Part shown: in pieces, positions 14,015 through 28,379 of the stretch
Position numbering within the stretch: position 1 is the stretch's first letter
How the letters are laid out: every line of letters starts with the position of its first letter
Assembly: GCA_964304625.1 (NCBI GenBank)
Contig: OZ199839.1
Span: forward strand, 965,980 to 1,029,979
From: Kudoa neothunni
Taxonomy: Eukaryota > Animalia > Cnidaria
DNA: 64,000 nucleotides
Direction of reading: 5' to 3'
The notes under the pieces: generated by a model
Told to the model about the DNA's origin: nothing
What the model saw: only the letters and a program-made list of their open reading frames with translations
Database searches by the model: none
Program-made: the position numbers and the translations under genes

Positions 14015-17000
14015 ATGATGGTGATATTGTCTTTAAGGCAACCATATGCTTCAACAATATATCTCGTTATTTTTACTTGTAATTTTTTGTATTTTGTATT
14101 TTATATTTATATATTAATCTTTATTAGTGTCTTTTGCAAAAATGTGATTTCTAATAATATTGATAATAATATACTGAACGTTAATTTCTCACATAATCCA
14201 GAGAAATATATTATTTCACTTTCTGGATACAACATTGAGAATAGCTTTAGACATTGTGCGCTCCAATATTATGGACATAATAAGAAAACAATAAGCTCCA
14301 TCTCTACATGTGAAAATAACATTAATAAGGCAAAAATGAATGAAAATTCAAAGATGTGTATTATCAATGTCAAAAAGTCGAATTAAAACTCGATGGTGAA
14401 GAGTATAAAACCATTAAATTTATAAAATGGTGTCAAGGTATAAATGAGAATGACGTAAAAAAATGCTCCACGAAGAGGGTATTTTCTATAAAAGGTATAA
14501 GAATATATTAGATAATCTTTTAATATTACAAAATATATATATACTTAAAGGGTTTGCTGACAGCAGCCAAAGAAAATAATACGTTCAATGTTTCAGTTAA
14601 AAGTAAAAAAAACAATAGATTAACTGTCAAAGATTCTGCTTTAAAAGAAAGCCAACAATCGTCGGACGATTTTTATACAACCAAATCTATTACAATACTT
14701 TCCAAGCCATATAAACCTACGTTTGTGATTGAAGTCGACAATGGCTCACCAGAAATTTTATTGAACCCAAAAAGCTTTGATGAGGATTGGTTTATTGCTA
14801 CTGGGTCAAATGCTAACAATAAGTATTATACAATTACACTTCAAAATCCAAAACCTTCACAAATTTGCCACTTCGGAATAAAGCATATTAATGACTCACA
14901 TTTTTCCTCTAATTGCTCAGATATGAATATAGCTGGACCCTGTCTTCAGCCTTGCTACAAAGCTATCTTATATCATGATAAAACTTTGATATTCGCTCAA
15001 GTACTTGTAAAACCCCTTGACCAGATAATATCCAAAGAGTTTATTCAAACTGTCACATGTAAATTGTAATTTGTCCAACGTCTCATATCAATTTTATAGT
15101 CGCTACCAGTCAACCCACGGTTACTCCTACTGGAAAGAATGAGGCATATATAAATTTAACTAATTTAAAAAAAAATGAAAGTAGTGATGAAACCGTAGGA
15201 GGAGCAGCTATCGCAGAAATTAAAATAATAGAAAAAAATCTAGGAATTACGAATAATTGGGAAGATCCTACATGTAGTGGTGAGTGTAAGAATTTTCAAG
15301 AGATAACTTTGAAATCGCTTCTATCATTAACGGAATATATTTTAAAAGTTAAAATAACAGGACTTGAAACATTAGATTCTCCCAAAGTTAATTATTATCA
15401 CCGTTATTTTTATTTCAAAACAAAAGGTAACGAAAAATATTCACTGTATCTATGAATTCATGTAGGTGATGAATTATCAGGAACTGTTGATCTTACACCG
15501 ACCGTTATTTCTGGTGAACATAATAAATTAAATTTAAATCTTTCTAACTTATTTATCGATGGAAAAAACAATGACGCTATATGTGATCTCTATTATTCAT
15601 TCGAGGGTGATGATTCATCGTTATATCCTGCAACATGCAAAAAAGATGCAGATAAAAGCTTTTGTTCTGGTGCTTATCAGGGTGAATTCAATATAATAAA
15701 CCTTGATCCTAAAACAACATACAAAATAACTGTTTGCCCGAGAGGACATAACTGTGTTAAGAGCAATGCACAATCGAGTAATTTTATAATATAATCTAAT
15801 AATAATTTTTTAAATAGCTAGCGGAATCGATATAAAAGTAACATTCTCAAAAGATGATGAGCAAAAGAAAACAACGGCTACATTGACATCTGCTGATACA
15901 GGTCAAGCTTGTGGAACTACTTGGGCATACGTTCTACTGGAACAAGAATCTAAGAAAATCATCATGGATTGTTTGATTGACGGTTGCAACGCAGCGGAAA
16001 CGAGTTATATTGACAAAATAGATTTCTCATGGAATTCACTCAACACCGAAGTTATATATACGCTAGTTGTTATAAACAAAGACTACTCTAAACCTAAAAA
16101 AGAAATCATAGAATGTAATTCCCTATTTGTATAGAAATATTTATTTTATATTTATAGATGGCGTCGATGAAGGTAATCAGGATATGATACTATATTACAG
16201 TCAATCTTCACGCAAGTATAAGATAAAATTCAAAGATAATGATTTAACTAACAAGAAAGAAAAAGAATGCACTGTCAAAATATCTAGTCATAATCCTTTG
16301 CGTTATGTTGAGGCTGGAATTAACGGGGAAACTCCAAAAAAATGCAACGACCTGTCAAATAAATTCGACGTTGATCCTGATAGTCAGAATAAATTAAATT
16401 ATATTTCCGTCACTTATTCACACACTGAAACTATCACTGTAGAAGAAACTAAAAAATCGGGTATTAATGATGACACTATTGGAAAATCCAATGTAGATCG
16501 CGGAGAGACACCTCTAGGAGGAAAAAGTGGCGCAGACGAAAAAATAGAAGATTCTCTTCAGCCACCCGCAAAAGAACAAGAACAAAAACATGAGGAAATA
16601 ACTGTCACTTTTAATGTTGGGAAGGTCTTTTCATATTACATAGGTATCATTTAATTTTGTTATAATTTTAATCATTTTTGTAGATCATTTCGAAGAACTA
16701 ACTCACACAGCTAAATTAGAAGACGACAAAATAAAATTGGGTCTAAATAAATGCTCCCTACAATGCAAAACGTATAAGGATACCCAATTCCAAACTTCTA
16801 GCGCAGTACAAATACCTGTAAACTCCCCATGTAATTTTGAAAGTTACTCAATTCAATTCGATGAGTTAATAAATGACTATTTTATAAGCTGCCCTAAATA
16901 TTTTGATTTTCATTATTTCTACGACAATACATTTGTTAATAATCATGCACCGATTTTCAGTAGATTTTATTACGAGCTAAAAATTGATAAAACAAAGAAT

Positions 17001-20000
17001 GCATTCACAATTCAATTGGTTATTCCAGAGCCATCCGAAATTTGTACATTCGAATGGATGGATGCCACAGCATCAAATTCAAACAGTTTCTTTTCGAATA
17101 AATGTAATAATAAAGACAACTGTTTCTTCAGTATGTGTAACAGCTACAAATTCGTAAATTTGAAAACAACTGTAAAGGCGATTAAAATAAGGGTGCTAAA
17201 ATTGGGAATGAAACCTACTACCGGTTATCAAAATAATATACACTTACGTAAGATTTAAATGTATTTAATATACTAAAAAAATTTTTAGTTGAACATGGAG
17301 ACGATGCTTCTGTGACAACAGTCGAAAGAAAAATCCAAATAAACCTTAATGGAAAAAATAAAAATGAAGAAGGTGTGGATACTGTTCCAGAAGCTACATG
17401 CTCTGTAAAGTTTTGGAACACTTACGATCCATTAGTTACCGAAACTGAAAGGAAAGATGTAAGTGATTCATCATTTTCTTGTAGCTTTGGGGAGGTTCAA
17501 ATTAGCCCTTCTCCAGCTCATTTACATAACGATATTATGGTAACCATAACTAATATACCTAATTACTCACCAAGAAAATATTTTTTACATAAAATAAGTA
17601 TTTTATAAAATTAAACGATATTTTATATATATTTGCAGCCCATGCCAACCAACTTTCCATTCAAGATACTTCAGTCTCCCCCAATGCAAATGGATTCACG
17701 ATTACCTAAAATTCAGAAGCTCCAGAAAAAATTTGCACAATCTTTATAAAAGAAAAAAGTGATTTATATTATCCTGCAATATGTTCAAAAAATGTGTTGT
17801 GCATTAAATCTTGCAAATCACAGTTCGAGATTACTGGGCTTAATTCCGATACTACTTTTGAACTGAAAATTGTACCAAGTGGAGATTATAACACTCAAAT
17901 TATTAACAAAAAACCAAGTTATTTCCACGCATTATATAATTAATAATAGAAGAAATGATTAATAGGCGGTGAAAAAATTGATTTTGTGGTTTTGATTAAT
18001 TCCAGGAAGAACAATCTCATAATACAAATGAAACAAACTTTCGATGACACTATCAATACAAAATGCTATTATCAGTTATATAAATATGAAACTGACGAAG
18101 GTAATCTGTTCACATTACTTCTTCTATTTTGAAATAGTGTCACCTACGAGAATAATAAAGTCTTGCATTGATTGCTCTAACTCTGATGCTAAAAAATGCA
18201 ACGATATCACGTTTGATCATGATGTATACAATAATAAGTATAACTACAGGTTGATGATTTATGCAGACCAAAAATCTTCACCATGCAAGCTATCTATACC
18301 AGGTAAATTTTAGAAGAATTTCAATTTATATGCATGCGTTTATAGCTTTTACTCGACGCGGAAAACTTGAACAGAAATATCTACCATCATTGAATGGAAA
18401 CGCTGAGAGATTTTCAGTTATACTGTCTAATTTTCATGAGACTTATAAATGTCTAATAAAAATAGTTAATTTTGCAGGATCCGTATTCAAAAAACCACAA
18501 CTCTGCACAGAGTTAGATGGAAATGAATTTGAGGTCGGATATATCAATTCCAAAGTTGATCGATATATATCAGTATGTTACGGTGTGGACAAAATAGAAG
18601 CCAAAAGTTGTAAAATGATTCAAGTGTTTCCAATAATAATGAGTAATTAAACTGAATAATAGTTTATTTAAAAGTTATATTTAATTAAAAAATTTAAATA
18701 AATATGTAATATTTATTAATATATAATTTTTGACTATATTTTTATAGATTACAAACTTGATAACACTTATAGAATATCTTACACTGACGGCAAAGTTAGT
18801 TTATCCTACAAATCGAACTCAATAACTAAATGGAATATACAAAATGACGGAAATGATGATGAACAAAGTAGTACAGAAAAGACCAACTTGATAATAGAGA
18901 CTTATTCTGAGACTCCAGAAGCTAAGTCCGCTTCTCTCTTAATTGATAGACAAATAAGCTATTATAATATCAGTTCAACGCTGTTATGGCCTGGGATATT
19001 CTATTACATAAATAATACTTATTTAAAATACGAGACCCCCCTAAAATCTCGGATCATCTATTCTGTTTCAGGCATTGCAAATAACAACAAAAAACTTCAA
19101 ATAAAATTCTCTCCTGGTCCATATAACGGCGAGATTTGCCACATCAAAATATTTAAGGTAAGTGAAATTGGCGAAGAACAAGAAAGTATTGTTCTTAATG
19201 GATGTACTGATGATAATAAAGAGTGCTTCTGTCTGTGTCAGGACGGTATTATCAATTTGACAAAGGAAAATGAGAACATTGGAATTATTGTAAAACGAAG
19301 GTTTGATACCGATGGATTTAAACAATACTTTAAAAGTAACATTAGATTTAAATTAAAATATAACGTCTTTTAGGAAATGACAATGGCATAAATTTAAGCG
19401 GCATTACAAATGAAGGAGTCACCCTTACCGGACTTGACGTCTATAAGGATATGAAGATCAGTGACTCTAATGTACAGTGTACAATTGAAATACGCCGAGC
19501 AAATACTTTTTCGACTGAAGCAAGATCTCATTGTGATAACAATGGCGTATGCAATACTTACTGTGATGAGAGATATTCTATTACTGGTCTTACGGCTGGT
19601 ACGAATTATTTAATTTCAGTTGCGATAACCAACGTTATGATTAATGGATATGTGAAGAATGTAACATTCAGAACAGGTAATAGCAAACGTTATCGTAAAA
19701 TTTTAAACACGACTTTAGCTGGAGGGGATGATTTAACGGCGATCGATACGCAACCAATCAAAAAAGGTCCTACTGCTAAAATAACACCTTTTGGAACTGG
19801 AGCATATTTGCCAGTCTGTAGAATTTATGTTAAAAAATATAATACTTCAGGGCCAAAATTTATGGCTACGTGTGATGGAATGGGATCATGCGAGAACAAG
19901 TGTGATGGTGAGTTCAAAATTATTAGCCTAGAATTAGGAGCGACTTACAATGTGACCGTTGAACCATCTGATGGCAAAAAAAAAGGAGTATTCTATTGAA

Positions 20001-20913
20001 ACAAGTAATCAAAATCAATGAGTTTATGTTTAATAATATTTTTTAGTAAATGGTGCTATTTCAACTAAACATTGGTTAAATGGTGATAGCGATTTGACAA
20101 TTGAAGTGAATTTCACAGAAAAAGATGACAATTCAAGATGCCCATTTATGGTTCAGGAAAAAGACGGAGATAATCAGGAGGTGCAAATTATTACATGGTG
20201 TAATGAAGATGAAGAATGCTCTACCAATAAGTGTACCGTTGATATCAATGGATTGTCGAAGGAAAAAGATTATATAGTGAAACTGAAAGTGAAAGATTAT
20301 TCACTTTATAACAAATTTGATATACAATGTAAATAAATTTTGTTTAAATTATTAAATAATCCTTCATTTATAACGATATATTTTTCGAAGACTCAAGAAT
20401 AGGTAAAATAAAAGGGTAATAGAATTCTCATTATCTATTGTATAATTGTTATGATTTATTTCTAGTAAATTAAATCGAAAACCTAGTAGGATCAAAAATT
20501 TTTAGATGGAGAAAACATAAGGAGTGAGCATGCCAATATTGTAGTAGATGATATCGTTCAGAAAGTAATGAAAAAGGTTGAGAAAGGGTAAAAACAATTT
20601 TGGTCGTATTTATAACATTATATTTAGTAAAATTATTATAATCTAATAATTTAAAAAATAAGAAACATTTTAATTAATAAAGGAAATCACAATTATGATG
20701 CTAAAAAGAATAGTCATTCGTAATTTAAATTTGTATTTTCAAGTTGACATTAGATAGGTCTTTCGGAAGTTACATGTACCAGACAGTATATATAGGTTGT
20801 AGATCATCATTTTTAGATTATACGCAATGATACCCATTGTGGTTTCACTTTTGGTGACGACAGGTATAATAGCTTACAAAAAGAATTCTACGGACGCTTC
20901 TTATGATCTATAA
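14015..20913 (+). CDS. Large multi-exon Cys-rich type I surface protein with fibronectin-III-like modules (possibly disrupted)
   Basis: A run of + strand ORFs is separated by short GT-AG introns. Repeated motifs resemble FN3 (ITGLTAGTNYLISV, IINLDPKTTYKITV, ITGLNSDTTFELKI, IISLELGATYNVTV). N-terminus is hydrophobic; the last exon encodes a TM segment (YAMIPIVVSLLVTTGIIAY) then KKNSTDASYDL-stop at 20911-20913. Confidence 0.65.
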
Positions 20914-21437
20914 GACTATGATAAATTCACCATTCATTACATCAGTTATCTCCTATATTATAATAAAATTTAATTGACAAATTTTGTTTGTTTGTTTGTT
21001 TGAAATTATATTTGAATTATTATAAATATAATTGATAACTATTAGAATTTGTTCGGATTGAAATTCGATTTATTAGTTCCTAAAACCATTAAGTTGTTAA
21101 ATAACATTTTTATAGAACAATAAACCTTATTTTTTATTAATTAAAATAAGTTTTAGATTTTTAATATTTTTAAAATCTATTATGTGTAATAGGAAGTAAT
21201 TAGAATTTATATTTATTTTAACAAAACAGAAAATAACTTAAATCTCTTAATTTTTAAGTCGTGGCGTATTTATCAAATAAACACGTAAATAAACAAGTAC
21301 TTTTCTATTCATTACACAATGAGACCACCTTTATTATTTAACTATATTATCGAAAATTCTTAAAATTTTTCGGATATATTTTTAACTAGTGCGTATTTCC
21401 CAGCTCTGCAGCGCACTGTGAATATTCCATCATAGAA

Positions 21438-22049
21438 CAGGGATTCTCAACCGGGGGTAAATTAAGTAACAACCAAATTAGACAGGGGAAATTTTTACAT
21501 TATGAGTTTGTGACGTATTTGGGATTTTCAAGTAAATATATTATTAAGGGTTATTAGCTCAATAAGAATTAAATAGAAATATTTAAATGTTTTAGAAATG
21601 AGTATTGAATAACTATTTTTGACACTATTACCATTGTTTTTCTTTTATGACTCGTTTATCTTTTAGTGGTGTGGCATAATAATAATAATACATGAAATGA
21701 TTATTTTCACGCTAAATAATATTCAATTGTCATCAATTTTTATTATTTTTAATTATTTCTGGCCCTAGGAGTTAAGGAGTGGACAAGAAATAATTTATTT
21801 TAGCAAAAGCTAAAAAATTAAGTATATATTCAGCATATGATTAAGGTATGATTTGATTAAAAATTGTCATCGAACAAGCAAGCATACATGTCATTTAGGA
21901 TTAGAATTTAGCCTGCTAATAGCCTCCGCTAGAACTAAACCGATATAAAACCTTAAAGCAAATATGAATTTGGCTTCAATGTTAGGGGTAATTTTATATT
22001 TTTATTCAGTTCGAGAGAGTAAATTTTAAAAAATGGTTGAAAACCCCTG
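21438..22049 (+). mobile_element. hAT (Buster/Charlie-type) deletion derivative
   Basis: TIRs CAGGGATTCTCAACC and the reverse complement of CAGGGGTTTTCAACC; degenerate TSD TCATAGAA / TCAGAAGA. Internal KLSSNKQAYMS resembles the Buster transposase C-terminus. Confidence 0.6.
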
Positions 22050-23561
22050 TCAGAAGAGTATGTTCAAAAAATAAAGAAATATAAGAATCTTCCAATTAGC
22101 CGAGACGAGAAATTATATAAAATATATAATAAATTATCATACATTTATAGATTGTGATAGACACAATAAAAAATTATGATCATTTAAGAGTGACCATTAA
22201 AGTATAAAAAATTGTATAACTCGATGATAACGCGCGATAGTTAATTTTTATTGCTCGGATGAATATTTTTATCAGACACAGTTGAGAACATTTTTTCTTC
22301 AAAGCTGCTCTATAGCTCATTATTATAAACAAAAATGTGTTAAATAATTAGATAAAATAAAATTTTAATCCAAACATTAAATCTCATCGCTTAAAATTAA
22401 GCTTTACAGGTGCTTTAATTTAATGTAATTTGAGGACCTATTTTCAGTATTTAGGGTTTGATTCTATCTTATTAAATTGTACACTACAAACGTTTCATTA
22501 ATCTTGCAAATTTCCATATTAGTATCATATTAAAAGCCATCTAGAGAACTTTTAGAGTGTATTAATCAGGCCCATATATTAAAGTTCCAATACGAAAAGT
22601 GTATTTAACTACATCCAAATGCACAAACTGTCTCGAAATGTACAGATATTTAAGGGATATATGATTTGACTGATTGTCATTAATATATGTTGACACCTAT
22701 CAATATGAAAATATAATAGAGACTTCTAATAGCATCGCGGAATTCCGAAAATAAAGTACAAATTATTGAAATTAGTTTAAAATTAAATCATTTTATTTTA
22801 TGTGATTGATATACCGATTATGTCAGAAAATTTAACACAGTAGTAGGAAGGATTATCACCAAGTATCTAGCAGCTGTTAGCTTTAACCATCTGATCATTG
22901 CCCTCAATAATTTTTAAATCATATTCCATTAATTTCTTTTTGTGATTGTCCTAGTCACATCCGTTAATAATTTTTTTGATTATTATCCTCCAAGAGATAA
23001 GACTCATCAAATTTTAAGTTGTTTGATTCTTTTGAATCGACTCTCGGCGGTATCATTATTTGAACTCAATAATAAGCTATCAATATTGATTACAACATTA
23101 TATAAAAATGTTCATTGTGGGAGTTAGTCACACATATTTGGCGGTAATCTTCGCCTTAATTCAAATTCACATCAAATGTATCATTATTAATTGGATTATC
23201 AGAAAATATATTAGATGAAATATAAACATTATTATCGCGATATCGGTATAAAAATTAGTAATATTAAAGTTGTCATGAATATTAGAGGACAAATTAAGTA
23301 CAACATCATTCGTTATGTCGGCACCAATGATTTACGAAGATTGTTCGTATCACGCCGCTCGCAGAATGATTTGTCACGATGTTGGTTGGCGTCGTTGCCT
23401 CAGAAACGTCATTATCAAATTGTTTAGCAGTATTCATATCATCAATTCTTACGGGATTAAGTTTATATAGGTTCCATTTCTCCTCATAGGAATTGATCGA
23501 ATTGTATCCATTGGATAAGTTGCAGATGGTAATTAATGGAATTGTTGGTGAGGAATTTGAT

Positions 23562-23647
23562 GTTTGTATAGGTGTATTTGACTTAAGCGTTGATGTGGAG
23601 TAATCTAATTGCTCCGAATCTGAATCTATTAGAGGTAACACCACACC
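23562..23647 (+). repeat. ~80-bp direct repeat flanking the MULE (left copy)
   Basis: GTTTGTATAGGTGTATTTGACTTAAGCG...AGAGGTAACAC is repeated at 25226-25302. Confidence 0.9.
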
Positions 23648-25225
23648 GAATGGAGAAATTTTGCCGGTGGAGAAAGATTGCGTGCGCGAATGCAAAAAAT
23701 ACATCAACCGTAATTTTTTATTAAAAAAAACGCAAACTACCTATAATTTTATTTTAATTTCCAATTATACGTTTTAGATATAGCTTCTACACAAAATGTA
23801 CCATAATTCGAGCATATCTCCTTCAATTTTTATTTCCGTCTTTTTGTTCTGATTTGTTGTATTTGGATTACATAGCTGATACATAATTTCCTGTTCAATC
23901 AAACTTTGTTGCTCTTTTAGATTTGTGATGAATGTGACTAATCCTGAATGTGATTGGTCAAAGCGGGAATAAAAGTGGCGATTGAATATTTCTGCGTTGT
24001 TAGATGTTAGTTTTACATCGTTCAGCACTCTTTGGTATGCATTCCATGATTCAATGGGATACGGATACTTTTTGCTTCTAATAAAGTTTTTTTCAAAATA
24101 TATTAAGAATAATTGAAGATTAGGAATCTGAAATTTTTCAGCAGAAGTACACAATTTTTTGAATTCAGCTTCAACAAAATCTTTAGGAACAAATGCGAGT
24201 GACATAACGCATTTAATGAAAACTTTAAAATCTAGGTTATTTTGGTATTCCTCGGAAAGTCCAAATGATTGAATTTTTCGGTAATTACATTGTCCGAAAT
24301 GAAACAAACAAAATTGTACATCATGTTTTGATGCTTTTTTAAAAGCATTATATGCTGCTACTTCAAAGTCAATAATTATTGATTTCGGTAACTCCATATT
24401 ACCCTTCTCCTTGATTATTTCAATAATCTTCGTGTAATTTTTCTCAGACTTGTCCGACATTAAAACAAAAGCTAGTGGAAAAACCCTGTTGAATACATTA
24501 CCATGAATAGCATATAACTGAAAAAAACCCTTCGGCGCAACGTTAAAAGTTCCATCCGCAATCCGAAAATCTGAATTTTTCAGATGTAAAAGGTTTTTCT
24601 CTGTAGATAAAATGATTATTCTGTTTTCGTCATCAGAACCTGAATCGAACAAACAAAAGGATTCATCTCTCAGAGTCTTAATTTCATCACAAAGATTTGT
24701 CGCTGGATTAATTTGAATATTGTTTCTTTTTCTTAAATTTCTTGTTTTTGTATACAAAAGATTTAGGAATAATCGGCAATTCATTAATGTTTTCTTTGCT
24801 GGTTGCAATACTATACACCTTGTTTGTTGGATATAAAGTAGTTTCTGCTAAGAATTTTATTTTATTGTGGAATATTTTTTTATTTTTGTCCTCCTCCGAT
24901 ACGACGTGATTGTGAAATCCAGTTTTTTCAATGTTTTCCGTATTATCAAGAGTTGTTATTCTTAACCTTCCTCTACATTGTCTAACTTGACACCTCCAAT
25001 ATTGAATTTCATTTTTTTGTAATCTTTGACGTAAAAATAATCTTCATAAAGCATCATGTCGGTATTTTTGGTAGTCTTAAGCATAACAATATCTTTATTT
25101 AAATTTCCACTCATCCTGGGTCCCTTAACTGGTCTTGCTCAGTTAATATGCGTTTAAAATTAAGTTTTATTCACGTTTGCGCATGCGCGGACAATCTTTC
25201 TCCGCCGGCAAAAATTCTCCATACC
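23648..25225 (-). mobile_element. MULE (Mutator-like) DNA transposon with ~50-bp terminal inverted repeats
   Basis: Left ATGGAGAAATTTTGCCGGTGGAGAAAGATTG versus reverse complement of right ATGGAGAATTTTTGCCGGCGGAGAAAGATTG; the repeats enclose a transposase. Confidence 0.8.
23774..25114 (-). pseudogene. MULE transposase with N-terminal FLYWCH-like zinc finger, frameshifted
   Basis: ADGTFNVAP..FFQLYAIH, FPLAFVLM, IIIDFE.AAYNAF, CLFHFGQ in ORF 23774-24808; upstream out-of-frame YWRCQVRQCRGRL...HNH. Confidence 0.85.
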
Positions 25226-25302
25226 GTTTGTATAGGTGTATTTGACTTAAGCGTTGATGTGGAGTAATCTAATTGCTCTGAATCTATTAGAGGTAACACA
25301 CC
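25226..25302 (+). repeat. ~80-bp direct repeat flanking the MULE (right copy)
   Basis: Matches 23562-23647 apart from two small indels. Confidence 0.9.
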
Positions 25303-25960
25303 TTATTATAAAGGGTATTTGCCATAAACAGCAGAATAATGGACATGATCAATATCGATTATATCGAACACAATTGACACTGCGTAATATTTTATTTTTT
25401 TGCATGTATTAGTTTTAATGTGTGTAGATTTTATACTTAATATTTTATTTATAGTATGGTAGTTATGTAATATTGTGATCATTTAGTTTCTTCTCTTAAT
25501 TATTTTAATAATTTAAAACATTCAGTTTGGCGATGCATCCTTTATATTCCTCAAAATTTGTTAATTACAATCATTATTTAGATGTACAGTTAGCGAACGG
25601 TTTTGCGCACTTATTAAAAATCAACACAATTTGAATAATCAATTGTTCAATCAATATATAATTATTTTTTAATGTTTTTACTAAAGAATTTCGATCTAAA
25701 TAATATAATCAGGTTGAGAAATTTCAAGATTATTAACTACATGACTGTCCTGTTTTATGTACTTTTTCCGGAACGATTTTGAAAAAATGGAGAAATTTTG
25801 TTTAATATTCGAAAGAATAAATAAAAAAAATCAAATCAAAACATGAAATAATAAAATATGTCCACAATATCTCTTCAAAGGCTGCCGATTTTGTTACTAT
25901 AAAGAACCAGACATATCCGACATCATATCCAACCGCTATGGCATCTTTATAAAAATTTGT

Positions 25961-27960
25961 TTAACCCTCTTAGAGCTCAAAAGGTTACATACATTAAGTC
26001 ATTTTGGGGTATAAATATACCCCAATTTTTTAGATGATTAAAGGATTGAACACAAAACGATAAATGTTTTCATTTGCGAATTTATTAATATGACTTTAAA
26101 AAATTATCCGAGTTCGACAAAAAGATCAATCGATCATGATCGCGATGATGAAAACTATATTTCAAATATTTATTCAATTTTTTCTGGCCAAATAACTAAT
26201 TTTTTTATTTCTGAGTGAAAAAATTATTTGTTTCTAAATGTATGAAATTCAATTATATTAAATAGTTATGTATATTATTATGTGCTCGTGCTTGTAAGTA
26301 CGCAAAACTAGATGTAGCCAATTTCACACACATTTTCAAGCGATTCCGAAGGAATTACTCAATATTGGTTGGCGACTGTTCTTTCATTTAAAAAATATTA
26401 CACGTTTTTACTAAAAATTCGATATTTTAATCACGTTATTTAAACAATTATTGAATAATTTTATGTAATATTGCGCAGAAAAATGCGTAAAGCCCAAAGA
26501 GTGATCAATTTTACACACTTTTTTCTGGAACCAAGGGGATTACATAAAACCAGCCACTGACGGTATTAACAAAATTTCTATTTAATGATAACCTAATTCT
26601 AATTATAGGAATCTAAAACAATTTTTACACATTTTATACCAAATTATGTTGAGTTATAGAAGTGTTTAACATAACGATCACTAACAACTTATTGGATGAA
26701 ATACAGATAATCCTATTATTGTTATTTGTTAAATAAATATCTCAATATTCTGATTCATTAATGTTGGGTTAATCGTAACCTTTAATAGCCGTCTCTATTC
26801 TGCAGTTCTTCGAAACTTGGCATTAGTCACATTGAGCCATGAATAATATGCAGAAATTATTTGGGCAAAATACGAATAATGTTGTTAAAGGTTCAATAGC
26901 AGAATGAGTTGATGAATGTCACGACGAACCATCGAGTCAACATTAAACTTTCATTTGAACATTGGGAAAAAACAAAAGCACCACGTTCTTTCTTCATTAG
27001 CTCTTTTTTTGGAAGCAAAGGACATCCTTTAATTCGATTATTCCGGATGGTCCCACAATAAATCCCTCTTTTCTAATATTATTTACATCTTGAATGACGT
27101 AAACCAATTATCAAAGTACACTAGAAGATTTTTATTTCTAGGAAAATGATCGCATAATCTCCAAAACTTAAGCCACAACTTTCAGCGACCATAGGAGGTA
27201 GGTTTACCGTCATATAAATTATAGTTATAAACCATCACACTACATCTACATAATGGAAAAACTTAAACCCCCATTTTGTAGGTTTATTTGGGGTTTATTG
27301 TTTTGCTCAACATTTACCTCTGAATGGGACCATCTGCTCATCCACCGGATTGATAGTTTTGGAACTGATTTTTAAAAACGTTTATTCCCAAATGTTCCGA
27401 AAAGGGTCAAATTTTTGTAAATCGATCAAAGCACCGAGCGAGATGGTTGATCATTTGTAATTTTTTTGTTGTCGTTAAAATGTGAATATTTTGATATCTG
27501 CTCGAATCTATCTCTCGAAACGACATCAGAAATAGGGAGATAATTAAAATATTTAGACCAATAACATGTGTGTAAGGGGGCATTTGAACGATCCCTGTCA
27601 AGATCGGAATTCCATGGTAGCTTTAGATTTCTGGAAGAGGTTCTATAGTTAGAATTATTCTGGATTGCTTATCGATTTGATTCGACCACAATCAATTCAA
27701 CAGTTCATTATAGAATAATCTATTAAATAATCTACGGGATAGATTAACCCGTTTAGATTTTCAAAACGATCGTTATCGTTGGATAATTTCTGTGACAAAC
27801 CTATGTTGCTTAAGGTTTTTTTCCGTTTTATTTCTGAATTAATTTAGGAATCAATTTCAATATCGGAATCATCTGATGATACACATTCTTCTTGTTTCGT
27901 ATTTGATGGTATAATCAATGGATCGTCGTCAGAATACGTATCTGGTTCAGATGTCAGCAT
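25961..27960 (-). pseudogene. Degenerate piggyBac-like transposon
   Basis: Minus strand VDEQMVPFRGK...PNKPTKWGFK, VYFDNWFTS and VGTIRNNRIKGCP with stops. TTAA-CCCT end at 25961 and palindrome GGGGTATAAATATACCCC nearby. Boundaries approximate. Confidence 0.75.
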
Positions 27961-28379
27961 CAGGTAGAACAATGATTTCTGAAAGTTCGTTTTCATTTCC
28001 ATCATTGTTAATCCGAACGTCATGATTCACTATGGCTAATCCAAGTCCAGGCCACGAGTGCCGGATGTCCGGTATACGGACGAGTGTTATACATTGTATT
28101 ATTTCAAAAATCATGCGCCTGATTCGTTTATAAATCAATCAGTCTATTTAATGAAATTGATTATTTACACTACCTCTAATTTATTTTGTTTGATCATGAA
28201 AACCCTAAATTTTATGATCAAATTTTTTTGAATGCTACGGTGGGGTGGTATGGCGGTTAAACTTTTAATGATTAGTTTAATGATTATAATGTGTTAGTAA
28301 TAATTGTGAAATCTATTAATAAGAAACAACTATTTAATATATTATACCGATATTTATCACATTACAAAATTTCGCCTAT

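Noticed and set aside
17707-17709. Stop-codon reassignment (TAA as sense)
   Set aside because: A single instance; the long host and element ORFs are open under the standard code and several end at TAA.
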